From contig JAEOUG010000023.1 of assembly GCA_016839445.1 (NCBI GenBank), positions 1 to 17,301 of the forward strand: a stretch of 17,301 bases of DNA. Reading direction: 5' to 3'. Numbering within the stretch: position 1 is the stretch's first letter; every line of letters starts with the position of its first letter. The position numbers were made by a program, and so were the translations under genes. Source of the stretch: Candidatus Thorarchaeota archaeon (GTDB taxonomy: Archaea; Asgardarchaeota; Thorarchaeia; Thorarchaeales; Thorarchaeaceae). Of the stretch, positions 7,658 through 14,958 are shown one piece after another. The notes under the pieces are model-generated. The model searched no databases, was not told the origin of the DNA, and saw only the letters and a list, made by a program, of their open reading frames with translations.

Positions 7658-9502
7658 GTGGGTGAGAAGGCGAAGGTAAAGGAAACGGTACGCCTCTACA
7701 CGAAGGTGTGGCAGCTCCCTTCCTTTCGACAGATAATCCTGAGACTGGCACTTCTAGTCCTGGCGACATCTGTGGTATCTACCGTCCTAAAAGGAATCTC
7801 GCCTGGCCCCTCGAATCTTCTCGTGACATTCGCGTTCTACATGTTTCTGAGCGGCATCCCAACCTTTCTTGGGACTGGATTGCTCTATCTCATTGCCGCT
7901 GAGAAGAACTCACCACTCGATGCAAGGAGGACAGCCGGCTCTGTGCTCTTTGGACTGCTCTTCTGGTTCTCCATGGGAATCATCGGAGGACTTGCCGATT
8001 CGTTGCTGTCAACACAGACCTTCGAACCCCGATTCTGGATTCTGGGGGCAAGTATGGGATACCTCGCGTTCGCCTTCTTGATTAATGGTCTCAGTGACCA
8101 TTCAGAGCCTCGCAACTTTGCAGGTGCCACAATGCCCTACCTTCTCTGGTTGGTGACTGCCATGTTCGTGTCCCCCTTGGATCCACTGCTTCCAGCGCTC
8201 CCAACACTCTGGCCAGTGATAGTGGTAGGCTCTGTTCTTGTCATGTCTCTGGCAGTGCACTACATCTATCGAGCAGTGAGCGTTCCATTTGAGCGCGACC
8301 TTGGGATAAACGGGCCTGACCTCCTGCGTGCTTTCGGTCACGACTACCTCGCTGACAATCCAGAACCCATTGAAGCCATTCTCACAGGAATCGCAACGCT
8401 CCAGGACATCCCTCTGGAAATCATACTCTTCTCAGATGGTCAGAAGCCTGTGGCCTGTGGTGTTGTTTCATATGTTCACCCCGGGCCATTTCGGGACATC
8501 GGAAGCAGCGATATTCCGTCTGCACTCATCGCACACATCCGAAACAAGTATGACATACCATCCTTCGTCTTGCATGGCAGCTGCACCCACCAGCAGAATC
8601 TGACCACGAAGGAGGACTACTCAAAGGTCTTTGATGAGGTTGATCGCCTCATCGAGAACACGAAGACATACTCCGAGGTGTCTGGACCACACTGGACTGA
8701 CGGAGGCAAGTTCAAAGTCTGGACTCTATTTGCCGGGCCAGATGTCCTAGCAATCACAACAAGCTCTCCAGACTTCACCGACGATATCGCCCTTGAAGTA
8801 GGAGTCGATACTGCAGACATGGTGAGAAAGAGGTCACCTCATCTCGATTCAGTGACCATAGTTGATGCTCACAACTGCATCAATGATCACGCGGTCTCTG
8901 TGACAAAAGGAGACCCTGAGGCCACGGAATACGTGGGCACGGTTTCCGGAGCTGTATTCTCAACTGACGGACGTGCTAAGACAGGAATCGAGGCAGGTGT
9001 CCATCAACTGATTCCTGATGGCTTCCCTCAGAAAGAGGGTATTGGGCCAGGGGGTATCACTTCGCTTGTGTTCAGAACAGGCGAGGGAGATACTGCGCTC
9101 ATCGTAGTGGACGGAAACAATGTTGTACCGGGCTTCAGGGAGGAAGTGATTGGGATTCTAAGGGCCCAAGGATTCGACCATGTGGAATTGGCGACAACAG
9201 ACACACACGTTGTCAATGCGATTTCACTCTCCAGCAGAGGATATCCACCGGTGGGCAGATATCGACCTGAGGAAACCATTGAGTACATGATTGTAGCATC
9301 AGAGAGAGCCCGAGAGAAGTTGCGTAAGGTGGAGATAGGGCTAGGTTCCGGCATGGCGAAGGGGCTTCGGACTTTCGGAGAGAGAGGGTTTGATATCCTG
9401 ACACAGAACGTTGCAGAGGCTGCGGACATTGCCAAACGGAAAGGTCTGGGAGCTGCCGCTTCAGCGTTTCTCCTTTCAGTTCTACTCGCGTTCTTCATCT
9501 GA
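7658..9502 (+). CDS. DUF2070-family membrane protein (predicted neutral ceramidase-superfamily lipid hydrolase)
   Basis: About six N-terminal TMs, then HPGPF, HGSCTH..N, DAHN, DGNN and TTDTH motifs, and a C-terminal TM. Confidence 0.88.
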   Translation: MGEKAKVKETVRLYTKVWQLPSFRQIILRLALLVLATSVVSTVLKGISPGPSNLLVTFAFYMFLSGIPTFLGTGLLYLIAAEKNSPLDARRTAGSVLFGLLFWFSMGIIGGLADSLLSTQTFEPRFWILGASMGYLAFAFLINGLSDHSEPRNFAGATMPYLLWLVTAMFVSPLDPLLPALPTLWPVIVVGSVLVMSLAVHYIYRAVSVPFERDLGINGPDLLRAFGHDYLADNPEPIEAILTGIATLQDIPLEIILFSDGQKPVACGVVSYVHPGPFRDIGSSDIPSALIAHIRNKYDIPSFVLHGSCTHQQNLTTKEDYSKVFDEVDRLIENTKTYSEVSGPHWTDGGKFKVWTLFAGPDVLAITTSSPDFTDDIALEVGVDTADMVRKRSPHLDSVTIVDAHNCINDHAVSVTKGDPEATEYVGTVSGAVFSTDGRAKTGIEAGVHQLIPDGFPQKEGIGPGGITSLVFRTGEGDTALIVVDGNNVVPGFREEVIGILRAQGFDHVELATTDTHVVNAISLSSRGYPPVGRYRPEETIEYMIVASERAREKLRKVEIGLGSGMAKGLRTFGERGFDILTQNVAEAADIAKRKGLGAAASAFLLSVLLAFFI

Positions 9503-9562
9503 GAGGGCATTTCGATAGAGGTATATGCGGCATCTGGGAACTGATACAGAAGAGGACTAGAC

Positions 9563-10132
9563 ATGGGTGCGAAGCGGGTTCTCGTTGCGATGACTGGTGC
9601 AAGCGGGTCGATTTACGGTTTACGACTTATCAGGGCACTGAAGGCCGCTGGGAATGAAGTGCAAGTCATCATAAGCAGGTGGGGCGAAGAGACCCTGAAG
9701 TATGAGACTGGAATCGATAGAGAGACTCTAGTTGCAGAGGTCGATAGGGGTTACGACGAGAACGATCTCTCAGCGCCTCCTGCTAGTGGCAGCTACCACC
9801 TTGACGCAATGGTGGTCATACCCTGTTCAATGAAGACACTTGCCGGCATCGCACACGGTTACGCAGACAATCTTGTGGGAAGAGCGGCAGACTGCAGTCT
9901 CAAAGAGCGCAGGAAGCTGATTCTCGTCCCCCGAGAGAGCCCGTTGAACCTGATTCACATTCGGAACATGGCGACAGTAACCGAGGCGGGAGCGATTGTG
10001 ATTCCAGCATCGCCAGCGTTCTGGCACAGACCCAAGACAATTGAGGACCTCGTGGACTCTGTAGTTGAACGTGTTCTATCGCACCTCAGCTCAGCTGGCG
10101 AGAAGGCCGCTGAGTGGACTGGTCTTGACTAA
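9563..10132 (+). CDS. ubiX: UbiX-family flavin prenyltransferase
   Basis: AMTGASGSIYG, APPASGS, PCSMKTLAGIAHG.ADNL..RAADCSLKERRKLILVPRESPL, PASPAFW.RPKTIEDLVD. Confidence 0.96.
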   Translation: MGAKRVLVAMTGASGSIYGLRLIRALKAAGNEVQVIISRWGEETLKYETGIDRETLVAEVDRGYDENDLSAPPASGSYHLDAMVVIPCSMKTLAGIAHGYADNLVGRAADCSLKERRKLILVPRESPLNLIHIRNMATVTEAGAIVIPASPAFWHRPKTIEDLVDSVVERVLSHLSSAGEKAAEWTGLD

Positions 10133-11976
10133 CTCCAGTGCAGTGGCGTGTCGCAGTTCGGGCAGATTATGGTTTCTCCGGGCAGAGCACGTCTTGGCAA
10201 CGCGGCTCCACAGTGAGCACAAGGTATCTTTCGGGGAGCTGTGTCCTCGGACTTGGCTTGGATTCTCAACAGGACCTCACGTAGTTCATCACGCATGTCC
10301 GAAAGAAGCAGATCCAGCTTCTCCTCGTCAGAGCTTGCCACAGATATCCTCACTGTGAGATTCTCCTTCGAGACAGAGCCCACAACAACAAACTCGTCGC
10401 CTGCTAGCGCCTTTCCGTAGTACCAAGCCTCAATCCCGGTCTTAGGGTCTGAGTTCTCATCAACGTAGGTGACACTGTGTTGCTCGATGATGCTCCTGAC
10501 TGTGTCAAGCATATCAGCTGCGTCTGTTTCGGGGTCTATCTGATACTCGCACGCTCTCTGAGTCTGTAAACTCGTTTCAAGAAGCCTCTGCAGGTTGCTC
10601 AAGTTCTTGAGCGAAATGAATGCGTCTCTAACACTCCCCTCATGTCCCTGAGGGATGGCAATCTCTTCTTCGCCGTGACCTTCACAGTTGACGACGGCAA
10701 TAGACTTGTCCTCCAATTCGTCTATGCGGACAAGTTCCCTTGGGTTGTGACAACGATGGCATTCGTATAGCTGCCGATAGGCCTGAGACAGCAGTTTCGG
10801 ACCAGCCTCGTTAGAGAAGAAACGCTCCTGTCCATGTCCGTTGCGACATTCCACCTTGAATTCCACATAGGCGTCCTTTAGTTTCGTGTCCTTGATAGTG
10901 ACCGGTGACGAGCACTTCTCACATTTCGATGCGGCTTCAACAGAAGGCCCACGGTCTATGAGAGGGTCGCGTTCCTCCAGATGCTTGAAGACACCGACTG
11001 GCATGCTCTTGCGCATAGCGCCATGAATAGGACAGACAAGCTCGAGATCCACGTCCTTTCCACGCACTCTTGTCTCCACAATCTGTGTGAGCAGATCGCA
11101 CTGGTTGCATTTGAGGAGACCACCCACGATTGCGTCGATTGCTTCTTCGTCAAGTCCTGTCTGCTGCATCAACTCGGAGGAATGTCCGTCAGGACACGAG
11201 CACTTGATCTTGTAGCGGTCCTTGTCCAGTTCGATACTGCGAATCGAGAGCGACTTGCTGCAATTAGTGCAGCTCAGCATGGACCGCACGATTGTGCCTT
11301 CAGAGAGTGCTTCTGTTATCTTCTCAAGTAGCCATGCATGCTCGGCCGGGAGTTCCTTCTTCTGCTTTCCATGCGCAGGGCATAGAACCTCAACACGGGC
11401 TCTGTCCCCCTTTGTGGTCGTCTCGAGGACCTTGCACGGAAGGCCACACACATCACAGTGAACCAGCCGCTTGACCACCGTCTTCATGACCGCATCCATT
11501 GCATCCCGAGGAATCAATCTGATCTCCTTGTGCCCATTAGGACATCGGAATCTGACCTCGAGGAACCTCTTCCTATCAATAATGTCACTTGCTGAGAATG
11601 TCTGGGCACACTTCGGGCAGGTGAGAGAATCAAGAATGGACTTGGAGCTGTTCACCATCTGCTGCAAATCGGTCACTGCAGTGTGATAGTGGGCAGGAAT
11701 CCGCTTCTTCTGCTCACCATCGATTGGACACAGGAAGGTATACTCAACTTCGTTTCTCCCGAGATCAGTGTTGATGAGAGACATTGAGGAGCCGCAGATG
11801 ACGCACACAAACAGACCCTTGAACAGATCATGAGCCATGCTATCAGCCTGATATCTTGAGACCTCTCGCTTCCCCTTGTGGCCGTTTACGCACTGGCAAT
11901 AGACACGTAACGTCTGACCGCGGATCTCCGCCCCCAGCGCGTGAAACGGCTCTTTGCATTTCTTGCAGGTGAACAA
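10129..11976 (-). CDS. Cys/His metal-binding repeat protein A: 8 CxxC-x21-C(xxGH/xxHG) modules, adaptin/COP platform-like domain, C-terminal Cys4 zinc ribbon
   Basis: CxxC at aa 4, 58, 120, 174, 236, 290, 352, 406. AWYYGKALAGDEFVVVGSV..NLTVRISVASSDEEKLDLLLSDM platform-like segment. CAHC...CPNC at the end. TTG start with GGAGGAG RBS; stop overlaps the ubiX stop. Confidence 0.85.
   Translation of the reverse strand: MFTCKKCKEPFHALGAEIRGQTLRVYCQCVNGHKGKREVSRYQADSMAHDLFKGLFVCVICGSSMSLINTDLGRNEVEYTFLCPIDGEQKKRIPAHYHTAVTDLQQMVNSSKSILDSLTCPKCAQTFSASDIIDRKRFLEVRFRCPNGHKEIRLIPRDAMDAVMKTVVKRLVHCDVCGLPCKVLETTTKGDRARVEVLCPAHGKQKKELPAEHAWLLEKITEALSEGTIVRSMLSCTNCSKSLSIRSIELDKDRYKIKCSCPDGHSSELMQQTGLDEEAIDAIVGGLLKCNQCDLLTQIVETRVRGKDVDLELVCPIHGAMRKSMPVGVFKHLEERDPLIDRGPSVEAASKCEKCSSPVTIKDTKLKDAYVEFKVECRNGHGQERFFSNEAGPKLLSQAYRQLYECHRCHNPRELVRIDELEDKSIAVVNCEGHGEEEIAIPQGHEGSVRDAFISLKNLSNLQRLLETSLQTQRACEYQIDPETDAADMLDTVRSIIEQHSVTYVDENSDPKTGIEAWYYGKALAGDEFVVVGSVSKENLTVRISVASSDEEKLDLLLSDMRDELREVLLRIQAKSEDTAPRKIPCAHCGAALPRRALPGETIICPNCDTPLHWS
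10672..11967 (-). repeat. Protein-level tandem repeat: 4 x 116-aa double module in paralog A
   Basis: Counted spacing: the CxxC to C linker is 21 aa in all eight modules; inter-module linkers alternate 24 and 32 aa. Not evident as a DNA-level repeat. Confidence 0.9.
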
Positions 11977-12030
11977 TCCTTCTCCTCCAAAGGATGGTAG
12001 CGCTCGCAGTGCATAGTGCAGTAGATGACC

Positions 12031-12040
12031 TTGTTAAAAG
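12031..12040 (-). promoter_or_regulatory. Putative TATA box for paralog A
   Basis: Minus strand CTTTTAACAA in the 74-nt gap between the paralogs, about 55-60 nt upstream of TTG 11976. Confidence 0.4.
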
Positions 12041-12050
12041 ATGTTCCGCG

Positions 12051-14330
12051 TCACTGCAAGTACAGAGCAATCGTGAGGGTATGAGTGCAGTACTTGCATC
12101 GGATCGGTGCTCGAGTTCCAAGCTCCTGCACTTGATCAGGGTCTAGAGGCGCGCCGCATCGAAGACAGACCCAGGAGTCCATGGTATCGGCCAGTTCATC
12201 GATGGTGGTAGGGAGCATGGCCACATCCTCGCCGAGTGCTTGAACCTTCACAACTGAATGACGTCCGTGCTCGGGTCCACAGATCAGAACAATCACTGCG
12301 ACCTTCCGCTTGGTGTACTTGCCCTCAGCGAAGCCTCGGATGGTGCCAATGAACTCCCCTCCAACCACATGTTCCTCACTGTCCACGATGTGGAAGTTCT
12401 TCGCGGGAAGTATCTTCTCAGCCTTGGTGAAAAGGACCTTAGCGTTCCAGTCAAGCTCCTGCTCTTGCTGAGTACTCTCCAAGGCGGAGAGCACAAGGTC
12501 GAACTGCTTCGAAGTCTGTTTTGAGGGCTTCAGCAAGTCACAGACAGAGCGAATCAGGTACGGCTCTACGCTCATTGTGTGTAGCTGATCAAGGAAGTCT
12601 ATGAAGGAAACAGTGGCGACGACCTTGCCTTGGACACAATCCTTCGTAGGGTAGAACGTGAACTGAGGACTGCGGAAGCCGCCGACCTCTATCCTAGATA
12701 TGGTCTTGACAGACTCTCCTGCAAGTTCCATGCAGTCCTGTGGATACGCGACGATGCTTACTGTGACATTGGTGATCACGAAGCCTGTGTTGTTGCGAAT
12801 CTTCACCTTGTAGTCGAACTTACCTCCGATGATCTCACATCCGCGTGCGACTTCAACCACGGACTCACGCGATTCTGTGGTCTCAGCCTCCCCTTCCAAT
12901 GATAGGGGTTCATCTTCAGGTGCTGTCGCCTCAACTGGGGGACGGGCCTTGTCAGCTTCAATCTCGTCATATGCCCTCTGCATGGCCTCCGCATGGTCTG
13001 GTGGAATGTCAAGTACATACTTGCCGTGGAGAGAACATAGAAGCACAACCCGCTCTTCTCTCCCTCTTGGTTCTATGTATACAAGGCTGAGCTGCTCATA
13101 GCACTCAGGACACTGATACAGCTGCTTGTAGAGATCGACAAGCGTTTCTTGAGGTAAGCCTGGCACGAAGAGCCGCTTGCTCCTATGCCCATTCCTACAC
13201 TCTACATCGAACTCTATCAACCCACGTCGCTCTTCGACATCCCTCACGGTCAATGGCATCATGCATTTCTCACAGCTTAGACTACGAATCATCGAAGTCC
13301 TTCTGTCCATGGTCTCTTGCCGACTGCTGAGAATATCAAAGACCTCAGAAGAGCACTCACGAGTCATGACTCCGTGAATGGGGCATACAATCCGGAACTT
13401 TGTGCTCTTCTTGCTTCTTCTTCTATCCAGAATGTGTGTTAGATGTCCGCACTCATCGCATGACAGAATCGCTGTAGCCAGACGTTCGGCTACACTCTCG
13501 CTCCAAGTGATGGGCAATGTACGCTCGGTTGTGTATCCTGAACCAGGGCATGCGCACTTGATTCGGAATCCAGATTTGGATTCGTGAATCGATCGAATTG
13601 TAAGCGGCTTCTTGCATCCGCCGCTAGTAAGCATTGACCTGACCACTGCATCGTCAGGGACTTCAGCAACGGCATCCTCGAAGAGGGCCATTGTTGATGT
13701 TGGCAGGTCCTTACGAGAAGAACCGTGCACGGGACAGGAGGTTGTCACCCGAGTCACGTCCTTTCTCGGTTCTCGTTCAACGACGCTTCCGGGAAGACCA
13801 CACCTGTCGCAGTGGACGACCCGTTGGAGAATCTTCTTCAGAAGGTCGCTGTCGACCGAGGCCGGCAGGAAACGATCCTGTCTATGACCATTTGCGCAAC
13901 GTACTGCCAGTTCTAACATGCCGTTTCTCTCTTCAATGCCGCTCACGGCAAAGACCAGACCACACTGCTCGCAGCGAAAAGAGTCAGTTATGGATCTGGC
14001 CGTATCTACACTAGATGCGGCGAACTCGACTGCAGCAAGATAGGTCCGAGGGAACTCCCGCTTCTCAGTTCCGTGGATAGGACAGAGGAACACCCCCTCA
14101 ATCTTGGACTCCTGCTCGTACTGCTCAAGGAGGGTCATATAGGAGCCGCACTCGAGACAGGTGAATATCCTCTCGAAGATGTCCTGCGCTATCTCGAGCG
14201 CCTGATGTTCGGCGATACGTCTCGCGCCCTTGTGACCGTTGAGGCATTGTACATCAAGGGTCAGAATTCGGTCTCTTACCTCAGCACTTCGGATGTAGAG
14301 GGGTTCACCACACTTCTTGCATGAGAACAA
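12051..14330 (-). CDS. Cys/His metal-binding repeat protein B: 8 modules (5th degenerate), acidic hinge, Ig-like (GAE-like) plus platform appendage-like domain, C-terminal Cys4 ribbon
   Basis: CxxC at aa 4, 58, 120, 174, (236 SGGC), 291, 353, 407. Pro/Glu hinge at aa ~463-490. YKVKIRNNTGFVITNVTVSI...VVATVSFID beta-sandwich, CDLLKPSKQTSKQF junction, CLRC...CKYC end. TTG start with GAGGT RBS. Confidence 0.87.
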   Translation of the reverse strand: MFSCKKCGEPLYIRSAEVRDRILTLDVQCLNGHKGARRIAEHQALEIAQDIFERIFTCLECGSYMTLLEQYEQESKIEGVFLCPIHGTEKREFPRTYLAAVEFAASSVDTARSITDSFRCEQCGLVFAVSGIEERNGMLELAVRCANGHRQDRFLPASVDSDLLKKILQRVVHCDRCGLPGSVVEREPRKDVTRVTTSCPVHGSSRKDLPTSTMALFEDAVAEVPDDAVVRSMLTSGGCKKPLTIRSIHESKSGFRIKCACPGSGYTTERTLPITWSESVAERLATAILSCDECGHLTHILDRRRSKKSTKFRIVCPIHGVMTRECSSEVFDILSSRQETMDRRTSMIRSLSCEKCMMPLTVRDVEERRGLIEFDVECRNGHRSKRLFVPGLPQETLVDLYKQLYQCPECYEQLSLVYIEPRGREERVVLLCSLHGKYVLDIPPDHAEAMQRAYDEIEADKARPPVEATAPEDEPLSLEGEAETTESRESVVEVARGCEIIGGKFDYKVKIRNNTGFVITNVTVSIVAYPQDCMELAGESVKTISRIEVGGFRSPQFTFYPTKDCVQGKVVATVSFIDFLDQLHTMSVEPYLIRSVCDLLKPSKQTSKQFDLVLSALESTQQEQELDWNAKVLFTKAEKILPAKNFHIVDSEEHVVGGEFIGTIRGFAEGKYTKRKVAVIVLICGPEHGRHSVVKVQALGEDVAMLPTTIDELADTMDSWVCLRCGAPLDPDQVQELGTRAPIRCKYCTHTLTIALYLQ
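13023..14321 (-). repeat. Protein-level tandem repeat: 4 x 116-aa double module in paralog B (one extra residue in module 5)
   Basis: Same 21-aa internal spacing and 24/32-aa alternating linkers as paralog A, collinear module by module. Confidence 0.9.
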
Positions 14331-14417
14331 TAGGCCTACCTCAGGGTTCGCTGTCTCGCGACCTCTGATTCGGCCTCAGCACTCTTAAGGGAATTCCCGA
14401 CAGGTTCCTGAAAGCAT

Positions 14418-14906
14418 CTACTGGTCGTTGTCAGAACTCGGTTGCTCTGGCTTCGATGTGTCTTCCTTCTCCTCAGCCGGCTTGGTCTTCTTCTCCTTTG
14501 CCTTCGGTTTCTTCTTTCCCTCAGACTGCTTCTCAATGAACTTCTGAAGCTCAGTAAGCACTGGGAGTTCTCCGCGCTGGAGAGCCAAGGGAAGTGCGAA
14601 GAAGATGACCATGACGGCCCCAGCGATATACATTATCGGGCCAACAATGAAAACCCAAGAGAGATAGTCACCTATCACCATCACAAGCCCTCCAAGTAGC
14701 ATTCCTGGCCAAGCTGTTGCGACTGGCCGCTTCAGTGCAGTTGTAGCGCATGAGAAGCAGACCAGAGCGAAACCGGTCACTCTGAAGAGTGGTCCGATGA
14801 ACCAGATGTACACTCCGATGAACCAGATGGCGGCTCCGGCCAACATCATGAGGAAGCTCGGGTCTGAAAGAAGCTGATCTACGGCGTTCTTTGGTTCGTC
14901 AATCAT
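14418..14906 (-). CDS. Small membrane protein (about 4 TM) with a Lys/Glu-rich soluble C-terminal tail
   Basis: Four hydrophobic segments in aa ~18-108, then KQSEGKKKPKAKEKKTKPAEEKED. Sits co-oriented between the HD-like gene and paralog B. Confidence 0.75.
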   Translation of the reverse strand: MIDEPKNAVDQLLSDPSFLMMLAGAAIWFIGVYIWFIGPLFRVTGFALVCFSCATTALKRPVATAWPGMLLGGLVMVIGDYLSWVFIVGPIMYIAGAVMVIFFALPLALQRGELPVLTELQKFIEKQSEGKKKPKAKEKKTKPAEEKEDTSKPEQPSSDNDQ

Positions 14907-14958
14907 ATCTCTACCCAGCAGAACTAGGAGCTTGGCCCATATTATGCCTTACGGGCCA

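Noticed and set aside
10129-10132. 4-bp overlap of convergent stop codons (ubiX and paralog A)
   Set aside because: Common in compact archaeal genomes; no further signal.
10747-10761. CHRCH in paralog A matches the CxxCH heme-c motif, suggesting a cytochrome c
   Set aside because: It occurs once, in register with the CxxC repeat. The other modules lack the His and there is no signal peptide.
991-14330. Longin protein plus appendage proteins as one adaptor-like complex (sigma/mu-like plus large subunits)
   Set aside because: They are about 8 kb apart with unrelated genes in between, and the longin protein looks NPRL2-like rather than sigma/mu-like.
14384-14398. 10-bp palindrome GGGAATTCCC beside CTTAAG upstream of paralog B
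   Set aside because: It could be an operator or TATA pair, but it is a single short instance not seen upstream of paralog A, so chance cannot be excluded.
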